Positions 63,898 through 64,000 of a DNA stretch of 64,000 nucleotides are shown here, piece by piece. Position 1 is the first letter of the stretch, and each line of letters starts with the position of its first letter. The notes beneath the pieces were generated by a model. The model was not told where the DNA came from. It was given only the letters and a program-made list of their open reading frames with translations, and did no database searches. Source of the DNA: an uncultured Gemmatimonadales bacterium. GTDB lineage: Bacteria; Gemmatimonadota; Gemmatimonadetes; Gemmatimonadales; GWC2-71-9. Where the stretch lies: assembly GCA_963842945.1 (NCBI GenBank), contig CAWJIM010000024.1, positions 288,001 through 352,000 of the forward strand, read 5' to 3'. Position numbers and translations under genes: made by a program.

Positions 63898-64000
63898 TTA
63901 GGCAGGTTTGGCCACGGTCGAGAGGGCCTCGGCAAGCAGGGCGAGCGAGCGATCGACCGTGGGTGCGTCGTGAGCCAGAGAAACGAAGTTGTAGGCCGAG
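63898..64000 (-). CDS. C-terminus of a probable class III aminotransferase (partial)
   Basis: SAYNFVSLAHDAPTVDRSLALLAEALSTVAKPA-stop resembles HemL-like C-termini. Confidence 0.55.
   Translation of the reverse strand, partial: SAYNFVSLAHDAPTVDRSLALLAEALSTVAKPA

Overview
GC-rich bacterial chromosomal window whose gene content (SusC/SusD pair, Big_1 lipoproteins, BTAD-AAA regulator, GH57 glycogen cluster) suggests Gemmatimonadota; this taxonomy is inferred. More than 25 genes are broken by single-base frameshifts, most likely uncorrected long-read errors, so many CDS calls below are stitched across frames. In order, the window holds: a Gfo/Idh/MocA + 2x GMC oxidoreductase + TIM-barrel sugar cluster; a glgP-glgA-GH57-GH57 glycogen operon; a minus-strand run of two cytochrome c genes, a small membrane protein, mug, DinB and an HD hydrolase; aguB-aguA; susC-susD; hutU-hutI; ECF sigma/anti-sigma/DUF4097; a four-gene chaperone-usher-like pilus cluster; FKBP; tRNA-Pro; an orphan SSAP-like gene; EamA/MocR; MFS; MltD; BTAD-AAA; MgtC; tRNA-Thr and tRNA-Leu; four tandem Ig-like lipoproteins; SURF1; a dipeptidase; GH38; and an unassigned catabolic operon. 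The best candidate novelty is the small membrane protein at 16539-16895 (-). It reads through an in-frame TGA that is followed by a SECIS-like hairpin with fdhF-like spacing, so it is a probable unannotated selenoprotein, located directly downstream of the two cytochrome c genes. Other leads are the divergent pilus cluster, the orphan recombinase-like gene and a recurrent 25-bp intergenic TAAGT-N15-RCTTR motif. No integrase, transposase or CRISPR array was seen.
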